Below are positions 32,152-41,292 of a stretch of 64,000 bases of DNA, in pieces. Position 1 is the first letter of the stretch. Every line of letters starts with the position of its first letter. Under the pieces are notes generated by a model. That model searched no databases. It was not told where the DNA came from and saw nothing but the letters and a program-made list of their open reading frames with translations. Origin of the DNA: Nitrospirota bacterium (GTDB lineage Bacteria > Nitrospirota > UBA9217); contig CAWFSF010000006.1 in assembly GCA_963818475.1 (NCBI GenBank), positions 352,001-416,000 on the forward strand, read 5' to 3'. The position numbers and the translations under genes are program-made.

Positions 32152-32847
32152 ATGCTGGAAAAAAACCGAACCTATGGGCTCCTCGTCTTCTCCGCCTTTC
32201 TTGTGCTGCTCCTGACACTGGCGACGGTGACGCGGAACCGCGCCTTTCGCGACACCGTCAGTTTCTGGGCGGATGCCACGGAAAAATCGCCGGGAAAGCA
32301 GCGGACGCACCATAACTATGGCTGTGCCCTGTCCGATGCCGGTTTGCATGACGCTGCTTTGCGTGAGTTCAGAACGACGCTGGCCATGAAGCCGGACGGG
32401 AGCGTACTGTTAGGGTATCTGCTGATCGAGATGGGAATTTCCTATTACCACCTTGAACAGTACGACAATGCCATAAGCACCTGGCAGGAAGCACTGAGGC
32501 ATGAACCGGACAACGCCGAAGTGCTCAATGACCTGGCCATGGCGTTCCTCAAAAAGAAGAGATTTGCCGATGCTCGCGCGTATGCGGAACGGGCGCTGAC
32601 GATAGATCCATCGATGGCGGACACGTGGAATACACTGGGACAGATCCAGCTTGCCCAGGGTGATCCCGAGGGGGCGATCCGTTCTTTGCTGCTGGCCCTG
32701 GAAAAAGAGCCCGACGTGGCATCACGATATTGGGACGTTATCGAGATATTTGAAAAAACAGGCCGCGATGCTTTGGCCCGTGAGTATGCAGACAGGGCGA
32801 AAACGCTGGAGCAGGAGGCCTGGTCCAGGCAGCGGGCACTCAAGTGA
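32152..32847 (+). CDS. Membrane-anchored TPR protein (TMTC-tail-like paralog 4)
   Basis: TM helix, RNRAF...FWADATEKSPGKQRTHHNYG and TPRs. Confidence 0.75.
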   Translation: MLEKNRTYGLLVFSAFLVLLLTLATVTRNRAFRDTVSFWADATEKSPGKQRTHHNYGCALSDAGLHDAALREFRTTLAMKPDGSVLLGYLLIEMGISYYHLEQYDNAISTWQEALRHEPDNAEVLNDLAMAFLKKKRFADARAYAERALTIDPSMADTWNTLGQIQLAQGDPEGAIRSLLLALEKEPDVASRYWDVIEIFEKTGRDALAREYADRAKTLEQEAWSRQRALK

Positions 32848-32914
32848 AAAACTTTTTGGCCGCAGATTACGCAGATGGACGCAGATTTTAATAACATCAT
32901 TCAGGGTTTTGTTT

Positions 32915-33163
32915 TAACAGGTTATTGAAAAAGGCGAAAAACCACTAGATTTGTCATTCTGAGCGTAGCGAAGAATCTCGGTTTTACAACAACTTCAGAT
33001 CCTTCACTTCGTTCAGGATGACCCTTTAACAGGTTGTTGAAAAAGTGTTTTGAGTGGTTCGACATGCTCACCACGAACGAATTAAAATCAATCATTTCAA
33101 TGTTCCCTCCGTTCGCCCTGAGCTTGTCGAAGGGTTAATAGAGGGTTTTTCAACAGCCTGCTA
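32915..33163. mobile_element. Cluster of nested MITE/REP-like palindromes
   Basis: taacaggtt(a/g)ttgaaaaa occurs twice with the IR tttttcaacagcctgcta. Internal pairs: gtcattctgagcgtagcgaagaatct / agatccttcacttcgttcaggatgac and ttcgacatgctcaccacgaacg / cgttcgccctgagcttgtcgaa. Confidence 0.65.
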
Positions 33164-33534
33164 AACCTAAAAACGGCATTTGGACAGGTCAGAATCGGAA
33201 ACATCTGATTACCAGAAGTAGGCGCTTCTAAGCGACGCGGATAAATTCTAAAGCAAAGCTTTATCCGTCCGCTTCACATGGGTTTGACTCACTCCTTCGC
33301 ATCCTACGTTTTCGCGGTCACAATGCCTGCAAATAACTGCAATTTGTTGCGTATACCCTGAAAATACCCTGACTTGAAAAATGAAAATTGAAATCAAATA
33401 CTTGAATGTCCACCATAGCTTTCTGCTCACCTCAAATTAAAATTTTGGATTGACAAAAAAATATAAATAATGATACTGCGCAAAGTCATAATAGGCCGAA
33501 TATCACGCATTCGAAAAATCATCAGGAGGGGACT

Positions 33535-36500
33535 ATGAAAAGGATTGGCTGGTTCGGTATTGTTTGGATCGCAGCATTTTTTGTATGTGCTCTGACCGTT
33601 CACGCAGCTTGGGTGCCATCGGGATTGGAAGGGAAAAATGTTTTGTCCGTTGCTGAAGATCCGACGACGGTGACGGCATGGTTTGCGGGTACGGCAGACG
33701 GAGAACTGTATAAATCAACCGACGGCACAAACTGGGCAGTCTTAAATACGGGCATCCCTGCAGGGGCGGCGATACAAGCCATTACGATCGATCCCGTCAA
33801 TGCTGCAACGATGTACGCGGGCACTGCCGGGCAGGGCGTTTACGTATCGCTTGATGCGGGTAATACCTGGGCCGGTTCCGGACTTGCCGAAATGTCGGTA
33901 CGAAGCATAGAGATAGACCCTTACAATACTTCGATACTGTTTGCAGCCACGAACAGCGGAATATTCAAAAGCATTGATTCCGGCGTGAACTGGCAGCAAA
34001 TTACATCCGCCGCAATCGAATCCACGGATATCAGGAAAATCACTTTTAATCCGCGGGATCTGACATTAACACCCGCTCCCACACAAACGGATATTTTGTA
34101 TTCTGCGGCAACGGGCACGGGCGGTCTGTATAAAAGCACGGACGCGGGCGCGACCTGGACCAAAATCAGTACCGGGCTTTCCAGTCCAAACTTTACCACC
34201 GTCGCAGTAGATCCGAGCCAACCGGCTAATGTATATGCAGGTACAGCCGATGCGGGGATGTATAAGAGCGCAGATGCGGGCAGCACCTGGACGCAGATCA
34301 ACACCGGGCTCGGCAGTCAGAATATATTGAAGATCACCTTTTATCCTTACGGTCCCACGAGCATCCTGGTAGGGACGCAGTCTGAAGGTATTTACCGGAC
34401 GGACACATCCGGCAACAGCTGGTATGTGTGGAATAGTGGAAATGCAGCGACGAAAGTAAATGCAATAATCTTCCTTACGCCGCAGAATAGTTCGATTTTT
34501 GCGGGGACTTCCAACGGGGTGGTTTCTTTCGATAACTTAAAAGCAGATTTGGTCATAACTTCAGTCAGCACGGACGTCTCGACAGCGGAGACGGGCCAAA
34601 CGGTGACGGTGACGGCGACGGTGAAGAACCAGGGCCAGTGGGCCGCAGGCAATTTCTACGTGCCGATCTACCTGTCCACGGACAATGCGATTACGTCTTC
34701 GGACTTGTACGTGACGAATGTATCGGTGATGAGCCTTGCTGCGGGAGCGGAGGCGACGGTGACGGCCGTATTTACGGTGCCGGTGATGAACAGCGGGACG
34801 TACTACGCCGGGGCAATAGCGGACGGGGGTTTTAAAGATTACGGCGTATTGTACGGTAACAACTTCGTGACTGAGTCGGACGAGACGAACAACGCATTAG
34901 CAGGCAACATGATAACGCTTACCCGGCTGTATGCGGATCTCATCATAAAGCCGTCGTCGGTCAGCACGGACGTCTCGACAGCGGAGACGGGCCAAACGGT
35001 GACGGTGACGGCGACGGTGAAGAACCAGGGCCAGTGGGCTGCAGGCAATTTCTACGTGCCGATCTACCTGTCCACGGACAATGCGATTACGTCTTCGGAC
35101 TTGTACGTGACGAATGTATCGGTGATGAGCCTTGCTGCGGGAGCGGAGGCGACGGTGACGGCCGTATTTACGGTGCCGGTGATGAACAGCGGGACGTACT
35201 ACGCCGGGGCAATAGCGGACGGGGGTTTTAAAGATTACGACGTATTGTACGGTAACAACTTCGTGACTGAGTCGGACGAGACGAACAACGCATTAGCAGG
35301 CAACATGATAACGCTTACCCGGCTGTATGCGGATCTCATCATAAAGCCGTCGTCGGTCAGCACGGACGTCTCGACAGCGGAAACGGGCCAAACGGTGACG
35401 GTGACGGCGACGGTGAAGAACCAGGGCCAGTGGGCTGCAGGCAATTTCTACGTGCCGATCTACCTGTCCACGGACAATGCGATTACGTCTTCGGACTTGT
35501 ACGTGACGAATGTATCGGTGATGAGCCTTGCTGCGGGAGCGGAGGCGACGGTGACGGCCGTATTTACGGTGCCGGTGATGAACAGCGGGACGTACTACGC
35601 CGGGGCAATAGCGGACGGGGGTTTTAAAGATTACGACGTATTGTACGGTAACAACTTCGTGACTGAGTCGGACGAGACGAACAACGCATTAGCAGGCAAC
35701 ATGATAACGCTTACCCGGCTGTATGCGGATCTCATCATAAAGCCGTCGTCGGTCAGCACGGACGTCTCGACAGCGGAGACGGGCCAAACGGTGACGGTGA
35801 CGGCGACGGTGAAGAACCAGGGCCAGTGGGCTGCGGGCAATTTCTACGTGCCGATCTACCTGTCCACGGACAATGCGATTACGTCTTCGGACTTGTACGT
35901 GACGAATGTATCGGTGATGAGCCTTGCTGCGGGAGCGGAGGCGACGGTGACGGCCGTATTTACGGTGCCGGTGATGAACAGCGGGACGTACTACGCCGGG
36001 GCAATAGCGGACGGGGGTTTTAAAGATTACGGCGTATTGTACGGTAACAACTTCGTGACTGAGTCGGACGAGACGAACAACACGCTCGCGGGCAACACCA
36101 TAGCTATCGGCACGATCAACTCTTACTTTGTGACTCCCTTCGCAGGGGTTAATGGGGGCATCAGCCCCGCAGCGACTCAGGCAATAGATTCCGGACAAAG
36201 TACGCAGTTCACGATTACGCCGGACACAGGTTATCACATCGCCTCGGTGACCGGGTGCGGGGGTACTCTCGATGGAAGCACTTACACCACAGGCGCGATC
36301 ACGGGTGATTGCACGATCACAGCCGCGTTTGCAATCAACACGTACACGATCACTGCCGGGGCAGGACCCAACGGCACCATCGATCCCGCTGGGAATATCA
36401 CGATGAATCACGGCGAGAACCAGACCTTCGCGATTATACCCGCCGATGCCAGATATCATGTCGCCGATGTTGTGGTTGACGGCGTATCTGTCGGGCCTGT

Positions 36501-37275
36501 GACAAGTTATACGTTCACCAACGTGACCGCAAACCATACGATCTCCGCGACGTTTGCAATTAACACGTACACGATCACTGCCGGGGCAGGACCCAACGGC
36601 ACCATCGATCCCGCTGGGAATATCACGGTGAATCACGGCGAGAACCAGACCTTCGCGATTATACCCGCCGATGCCAGATATCATGTCGCCGATGTTGTGG
36701 TTGACGGCGCATCAGTCGGACCTGTGTCGAGTTACACGTTCACCAACGTGACCGCAAACCATACGATCTCCGCGACGTTTGCGATCAACACGTACACGAT
36801 CGTTGCTGAGGCCGGGGCCAATGGAAGCATCTCCCCCTACGGGAACATCACGGTGACTGACGGTGGCAGCCAGACATTCACGGTCACGCCTGCTTCGGGC
36901 TATAACATTGTTGATGTGCTGGTGGACGGGGTCTCAGTCGGGTCGGTGACTAGCTATACCTTCACAGCCGTGAATGCCGGGCATATTATCTTTGCTTCCT
37001 TTGACCGCGGGGCATCCGGTTCCTGCACGCCGACCATATCGCCCAGGAGCAGTCTATTCAATGGAGCAGGAGGCACAGGCAGTATTACCGTGAACGTGGA
37101 CAGCCAATGCGGCTGGACCGCCGCAAGCGATAACAGCTGGATAACGGTTACGAATGGAAGCGGCACAGGCAGCGCGACCCTGACTTACTCAGTCTCTGAG
37201 AACCAGACGTCGGCTCGCAGGGTCGGCACTATAACCATTTCCGGCCAGACATTTTCAGTCATGCAGCTGCGTTGA
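33535..37275 (+). CDS. Large secreted surface protein: BNR/VPS10-like beta-propeller, 4 CARDB-like Ig repeats, InlB-B-like repeats and a C-terminal BACON-like domain
   Basis: Signal peptide, repeated YKSxDxGxxW, four repeats of ADL..TATVKNQG..ESDETNN, GANGSISP/YTFTNVTANHTI repeats and WTAASDNSWITV..RVGTITI. Confidence 0.85.
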   Translation: MKRIGWFGIVWIAAFFVCALTVHAAWVPSGLEGKNVLSVAEDPTTVTAWFAGTADGELYKSTDGTNWAVLNTGIPAGAAIQAITIDPVNAATMYAGTAGQGVYVSLDAGNTWAGSGLAEMSVRSIEIDPYNTSILFAATNSGIFKSIDSGVNWQQITSAAIESTDIRKITFNPRDLTLTPAPTQTDILYSAATGTGGLYKSTDAGATWTKISTGLSSPNFTTVAVDPSQPANVYAGTADAGMYKSADAGSTWTQINTGLGSQNILKITFYPYGPTSILVGTQSEGIYRTDTSGNSWYVWNSGNAATKVNAIIFLTPQNSSIFAGTSNGVVSFDNLKADLVITSVSTDVSTAETGQTVTVTATVKNQGQWAAGNFYVPIYLSTDNAITSSDLYVTNVSVMSLAAGAEATVTAVFTVPVMNSGTYYAGAIADGGFKDYGVLYGNNFVTESDETNNALAGNMITLTRLYADLIIKPSSVSTDVSTAETGQTVTVTATVKNQGQWAAGNFYVPIYLSTDNAITSSDLYVTNVSVMSLAAGAEATVTAVFTVPVMNSGTYYAGAIADGGFKDYDVLYGNNFVTESDETNNALAGNMITLTRLYADLIIKPSSVSTDVSTAETGQTVTVTATVKNQGQWAAGNFYVPIYLSTDNAITSSDLYVTNVSVMSLAAGAEATVTAVFTVPVMNSGTYYAGAIADGGFKDYDVLYGNNFVTESDETNNALAGNMITLTRLYADLIIKPSSVSTDVSTAETGQTVTVTATVKNQGQWAAGNFYVPIYLSTDNAITSSDLYVTNVSVMSLAAGAEATVTAVFTVPVMNSGTYYAGAIADGGFKDYGVLYGNNFVTESDETNNTLAGNTIAIGTINSYFVTPFAGVNGGISPAATQAIDSGQSTQFTITPDTGYHIASVTGCGGTLDGSTYTTGAITGDCTITAAFAINTYTITAGAGPNGTIDPAGNITMNHGENQTFAIIPADARYHVADVVVDGVSVGPVTSYTFTNVTANHTISATFAINTYTITAGAGPNGTIDPAGNITVNHGENQTFAIIPADARYHVADVVVDGASVGPVSSYTFTNVTANHTISATFAINTYTIVAEAGANGSISPYGNITVTDGGSQTFTVTPASGYNIVDVLVDGVSVGSVTSYTFTAVNAGHIIFASFDRGASGSCTPTISPRSSLFNGAGGTGSITVNVDSQCGWTAASDNSWITVTNGSGTGSATLTYSVSENQTSARRVGTITISGQTFSVMQLR
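34564..36081 (+). repeat. Near-identical 396-bp tandem repeat (3 full copies plus a partial 4th) encoding CARDB-like domains
   Basis: Units start at 34564, 34960, 35356 and 35752 and differ by only a handful of SNPs. Confidence 0.95.
36328..36801 (+). repeat. 225-bp tandem duplication (InlB-B-like domains)
   Basis: tttgc(a/g)at(c/t)aacacgtacacgatc recurs at 36328, 36553 and 36778. Confidence 0.85.
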
Positions 37276-37352
37276 TTTGGAAACTAAAATGTGCTGGATG
37301 TCGAGATTTTGAACACTACTTTTTGTTGAGCTGGAGACCGTAAATCACAAAT

Positions 37353-37388
37353 GAAGCGCCCTCGCTAGTCGGGGGCGCTTCTGTTTTG
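37353..37388 (+). terminator. Intrinsic terminator after the surface-protein gene
   Basis: gaagcgccctcg-cta-gtcgggggcgcttc followed by tgtttt. Confidence 0.6.
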
Positions 37389-37540
37389 GTGTGCTGAGCA
37401 TGTTCGAGAGCTTGGAGTTTGCAAGTCCTCTACCCAGCCTGGGCAAAAATGAGCAGGCTGTGCGCATTATCGCTCATTGCGATAGCCTTTACAGTCACTA
37501 CCATTTTAAATTATTATTGTTTTTCAATTAATTACTACTA

Positions 37541-37556
37541 TGGCACGGGTATTGCT
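37541..37556 (+). promoter_or_regulatory. Sigma54 (-24/-12) promoter with an upstream IHF-like site at 37522-37534
   Basis: TGGCAC-GGGTA-TTGCT (GG-N10-GC) and TTTCAATTAATTA. Confidence 0.8.
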
Positions 37557-37810
37557 TAATTTACCCTACTATTGATACTTTAGTCCGTCATTGTTGAAGT
37601 TGCTGGAAAAATTCCCGCCAGAATACTGGCGAAATTGAATCCAAAAACAGAAATTATCGTGAAAGGGGGCGATAGCTGCCTGTGGCAGCAACATCATTTT
37701 CTTTAGCATGAAGGTGGCAGCTTTGTTATTTTTGATAAGGTCCGGCAAGTATTAAGGGCGGGGGATCAGAATTTTTTAGTTGTAAACTAAACCTGATAAC
37801 GAGGGAAAAA

Positions 37811-38479
37811 ATGAAAAAAATGATCGTTGTAACAGTAGCACTGGCTTTTGTGCTCTTGAGCGCCGGAGCGGCACTGGCCGCTCTCGCGGGCAGCAAGCAC
37901 GACATGAGGACCTACCTGACAGGTCAGACGGGTGGATACGACGAAGTCTGCGTCTATTGCCACACGCCGCACAGCGCATCAATGACAGCTCAGCTCTGGA
38001 ACCATACGGCTTCCTCAGTAGGTTCCTACCAGACCTATACAAACACCTGGGGAACCTTGCAATCCGTTCCAGGAACCCCCGGCAATGGGTCGCTGCTCTG
38101 CTTAAGCTGTCATGACGGCACCGTTGCTGTTGATAACCTGGTCAATCCGCCGAACAGCGGCTCCCAGGGGAGTAATGACGGCGGCGGCGAACTTAATGCT
38201 TCTAAATATATCACTTCCGGAAGAGCTTCAAATTTTAGCACCGATCTCAGGAACGACCACCCGATCGGCTTCGCGTATAACGCCTCCCTCGTAACTAACG
38301 ACGGCGGACTTGTTGATGCGAATACCGTTGGAAATAGCACCTATGTGCGTATTATCAATGGTATTGGCGGTACTGTAGAGTGTGCAACCTGCCACGATGC
38401 TCACAATACAACGGTTCCACCGTTCCTGCGGAGCTCCAACGCGGCATCAGCGCTCTGCACCCGTTGCCACACTAAGTAA
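37811..38479 (+). CDS. Secreted tetraheme c-type cytochrome, OmcE-like
   Basis: Signal peptide; SKHD, CVYCHTPH, LWN, CLSCHDG, DLRNDHPI, ECATCHDAH, PFLR and CTRCHTK, the same motif order as recalled for Geobacter OmcE. Confidence 0.85.
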   Translation: MKKMIVVTVALAFVLLSAGAALAALAGSKHDMRTYLTGQTGGYDEVCVYCHTPHSASMTAQLWNHTASSVGSYQTYTNTWGTLQSVPGTPGNGSLLCLSCHDGTVAVDNLVNPPNSGSQGSNDGGGELNASKYITSGRASNFSTDLRNDHPIGFAYNASLVTNDGGLVDANTVGNSTYVRIINGIGGTVECATCHDAHNTTVPPFLRSSNAASALCTRCHTK

Positions 38480-38505
38480 GCAGAAGATACGAATGTTACA
38501 GTTCA

Positions 38506-38534
38506 AGAGGGGAGGAGACTCCCCTCTTTTTTTT
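38506..38534 (+). terminator. Intrinsic terminator after cytochrome gene 1
   Basis: aagaggggag-gaga-ctcccctctt followed by a T-run. Confidence 0.7.
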
Positions 38535-38940
38535 GGATTATGGCAGGTCGTTTGGCGCGGCAAAAGGTACTAAAAAAGTTTTGACTTTACTGTGACGGAG
38601 TGATAATCTGCTACGCTGGGTTGTAATTGAGGCGTGTAAATGGAGTTATGAATCATCCTTAAACGTTATTGCCATTGCGATGTGGAGCAGCTTCCATAGC
38701 CCAAAGCAGGATCGGTCGGGGTAAACCAGGACACTACAGGATGCGTACGCAGCGCCCTCGTTTATCGGGGGTTGTAAGGCGGCTAATTGTAACAATTGTA
38801 CCGCGGCGCCTCGTAGAAAAAGAGTATTGGGTTATGATTTCATTTCACTCGTAGGAAGAAGTTCATACACGCCCAAGCTCCCTGTATTCCCCGTATCCAT
38901 CTCTGGTCAACTGCCGTTATCAGATTCAAGAGGAATAGAA

Positions 38941-40002
38941 ATGCCTATTCGTGCGATACTTATACTTCTGATGCTTCTCGCTGGATGCGCGACAAAAGCG
39001 CCGCAACAAGAGCTGCTCGCGTGGCCTTCGCTGCCGGCTCTGCCGCGGGTCGCCTATGTGGCGAGCTACCGGGGATCGATCGATTTTTTCAAGCCCAAGT
39101 TTTGGGATAGTATTTTGGGGAGCGACGAAGTAAGAAAAAAAGACCTCAACAAGCCCTTTGGCGTGTCTGTGTATGGCGACAGAATTTATGTTTCCGATAC
39201 AGGGTTCGGCTATGTCGCCGTGATTGACACAAAAGAACGGAAGGTGTCCTACCTCGGCGCCAGCGGGAGGGCTGTTTTGAAACAGCCCTTTGGGGTCGCA
39301 GCTGCAGCTGATGGGACGATCTATGTTGCCGACGGAAAGCAGAAAAGTATCTACGCATTTAACCAGAACGGCGAGCTCCTGTCGGCTTTTGGCGATACCG
39401 GTGAGTTCAGCAGGCCGGCAGGGATCGCTGTCAACAGCGGACTGGGAAGGCTCTATGTGTGTGATGTTGCGGCGAACGCGGTCTTTGCCTTCTCCCTTAA
39501 GGGGGAGCGACTCTTCGAGTTTAAAAAAGGGGAGGAATCCGGAGACGGGGTTTTCAATTCGCCGACCCACATTGCCATTGACCGGAGAAATGGAAATGTG
39601 CTTGTTGCTGATACAAATAATTTCAGGGTGCAGGTTTTTGACAAAGACGGTACCTACTTGAGGAAATTCGGGCAGCTGGGCGACGGTCCCGGAGATTTCA
39701 GCAGGCCCAAGGGCATCGCTGTCGACTCCGAAGGCCATGTTTATGTGGCAGATGCGGCTTTTAATAATTTCCAGATATTCGATGACATGGGCCGGCTGCT
39801 GCTGACCGTAGGGCAACTGGGCAACGGAGCTGGAAATTTTCTACTGCCTGGCGGCATGTATATTGACGGTCAAGACAGGATCTATGTCGCTGATACCCTT
39901 AACAGGAGGGTCGAGGTGTTTCAATACATGAGCGATTCCTGGCAGCTGGCGCATCCTGAGGAGTTCAAAAAATACCTGCTTCCCGATACTGTGGCAGAGT
40001 GA
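38941..40002 (+). CDS. NHL-repeat six-bladed beta-propeller lipoprotein
   Basis: Lipobox LAGC and repeats such as FSRPKGIAVDSEGHVYVAD and FNSPTHIAID. Confidence 0.88.
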   Translation: MPIRAILILLMLLAGCATKAPQQELLAWPSLPALPRVAYVASYRGSIDFFKPKFWDSILGSDEVRKKDLNKPFGVSVYGDRIYVSDTGFGYVAVIDTKERKVSYLGASGRAVLKQPFGVAAAADGTIYVADGKQKSIYAFNQNGELLSAFGDTGEFSRPAGIAVNSGLGRLYVCDVAANAVFAFSLKGERLFEFKKGEESGDGVFNSPTHIAIDRRNGNVLVADTNNFRVQVFDKDGTYLRKFGQLGDGPGDFSRPKGIAVDSEGHVYVADAAFNNFQIFDDMGRLLLTVGQLGNGAGNFLLPGGMYIDGQDRIYVADTLNRRVEVFQYMSDSWQLAHPEEFKKYLLPDTVAE

Positions 40003-40124
40003 CAGGTTCTCGCCACCTGAAGAGGTTGAAACTCTTGTGCTGCATATCCGCTAGTAGAGGCGGGTTTAAAACCCGACCCTCCCTTCTGTCCATTTTTTGC
40101 GCCTGGTGTCGGGACTGGGGTAGT

Positions 40125-41045
40125 ATGAATAAATTATTATTAGTACTTATCATGCTTTTTTATGCGTTCCCACTGCAGGCCGACGGCAATGTGGTTGCAA
40201 GGGTTAACGGTGCTGCAATTTACTCGTTGCAGCTTGATATTGCTGTGCGTCAGCTTATCACCACCTCTACATTTCATGGGAGTCTTTCTGATGAAAAACG
40301 CCATGAATTCCAGGAACAGGCCCTTCAGGATCTTATCATCCGCGAACTGAAATATCAGGATGCAGTGGCTCGAGGATTTAATCCTGATAAAAATCTGGTA
40401 AAAACAAAGATAGCGGAAATTAAGAACAAATTTAATTCTGGAAAGGAATATAGAAAAGCGCTGTCCGAAGCAGGGCTTTCGGAAGACGATATACGCTCAG
40501 ATGTGGAAAAGAACCTTGTTATCGAAGGCGCGATCAATAAAATCGTAGTGGACGCGGCACGCTGGAATGATGCCGAGCTCAAGGCGTACTACGATTCGAA
40601 TGCCGATAAATTTACGCAACCGGAAAGCGTAAAACTGAGGATCATATCGTGTGCGGCTGAAAAAAAAGCAGCTGAGGCGTTGACCTTGATACGTTCAAAC
40701 GAAGCTTTTGGTGCGGTCGCAGCCAAAATGTCCGAGGATAATTATCGGACAAGGGGGGGCGATATCGGATATATTCATCGGGACAGGATCTACCCGGAGC
40801 TGGAAAACGAAGCTTTCAGGATGAAGCCGGGAGAGGTGAGCGGTCTGATACGCGCTGAAGGAATGTGGTTCATCATCAAGGTCGAAGAGAAAATCCCCGA
40901 GCGCCGGATCGCATTCGAGGAGGCAAAGGATAAACTCAAAAAAGAGCTCGAGGCAAGACGTTCCACTGAGATGCTCGAGAAATGGAGCCAGGAACTCAGG
41001 GCAAAGGCAAAGATAGAAATTCTGCTTAACAACGAAAAAAAATAA
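40125..41045 (+). CDS. SurA/PrsA-like parvulin peptidyl-prolyl isomerase
   Basis: VVARVNG, FGAVAAKMSED, RGGDIGY and GEVSGLIRAEGMWFIIKV. Confidence 0.85.
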   Translation: MNKLLLVLIMLFYAFPLQADGNVVARVNGAAIYSLQLDIAVRQLITTSTFHGSLSDEKRHEFQEQALQDLIIRELKYQDAVARGFNPDKNLVKTKIAEIKNKFNSGKEYRKALSEAGLSEDDIRSDVEKNLVIEGAINKIVVDAARWNDAELKAYYDSNADKFTQPESVKLRIISCAAEKKAAEALTLIRSNEAFGAVAAKMSEDNYRTRGGDIGYIHRDRIYPELENEAFRMKPGEVSGLIRAEGMWFIIKVEEKIPERRIAFEEAKDKLKKELEARRSTEMLEKWSQELRAKAKIEILLNNEKK

Positions 41046-41242
41046 AAGAGGTACCTGGCGGCGAATGAATTATCTTATGGCGAAAGCAGGCGTAACCCCT
41101 CATATTTAGTATCCCTCCCCAATAAATTCTCCTTCTGTATGGTTCGTGCTCTATGGTGAGCGAATGTGCGCACGACGTTGCATTTCCCATTGATTAGTAA
41201 TGATAACTAATTGAAATGTAATAAAAATTTTACGGCTATTAT

Positions 41243-41258
41243 AGGCATGTTAATTGCT
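41243..41258 (+). promoter_or_regulatory. Sigma54 promoter with an upstream IHF-like site at 41204-41216
   Basis: AGGCAT-GTTAA-TTGCT (GG-N10-GC). Confidence 0.65.
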
Positions 41259-41292
41259 TGTATATCTATAGTAGAAATACTGCGACTACATC

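Noticed and set aside
34564-36081. Regular repeats as a CRISPR array or DGR template/variable pair
   Set aside because: The units are 396-bp in-frame coding repeats without spacers, and there is no cas or reverse transcriptase gene in the window.
37557-37810. c-di-GMP/cGAMP (GEMM-I) riboswitch upstream of the cytochrome
   Set aside because: I could not find the GYAAAC..GAAA..GACGCAAAGC core.
38640-38940. Cys-containing reading frame (CKAANCNNC) upstream of the NHL gene
   Set aside because: There is an in-frame stop upstream, no start codon before the Cys cluster and no CxxCH; the true start is likely the ATG at 38941 with a lipobox.
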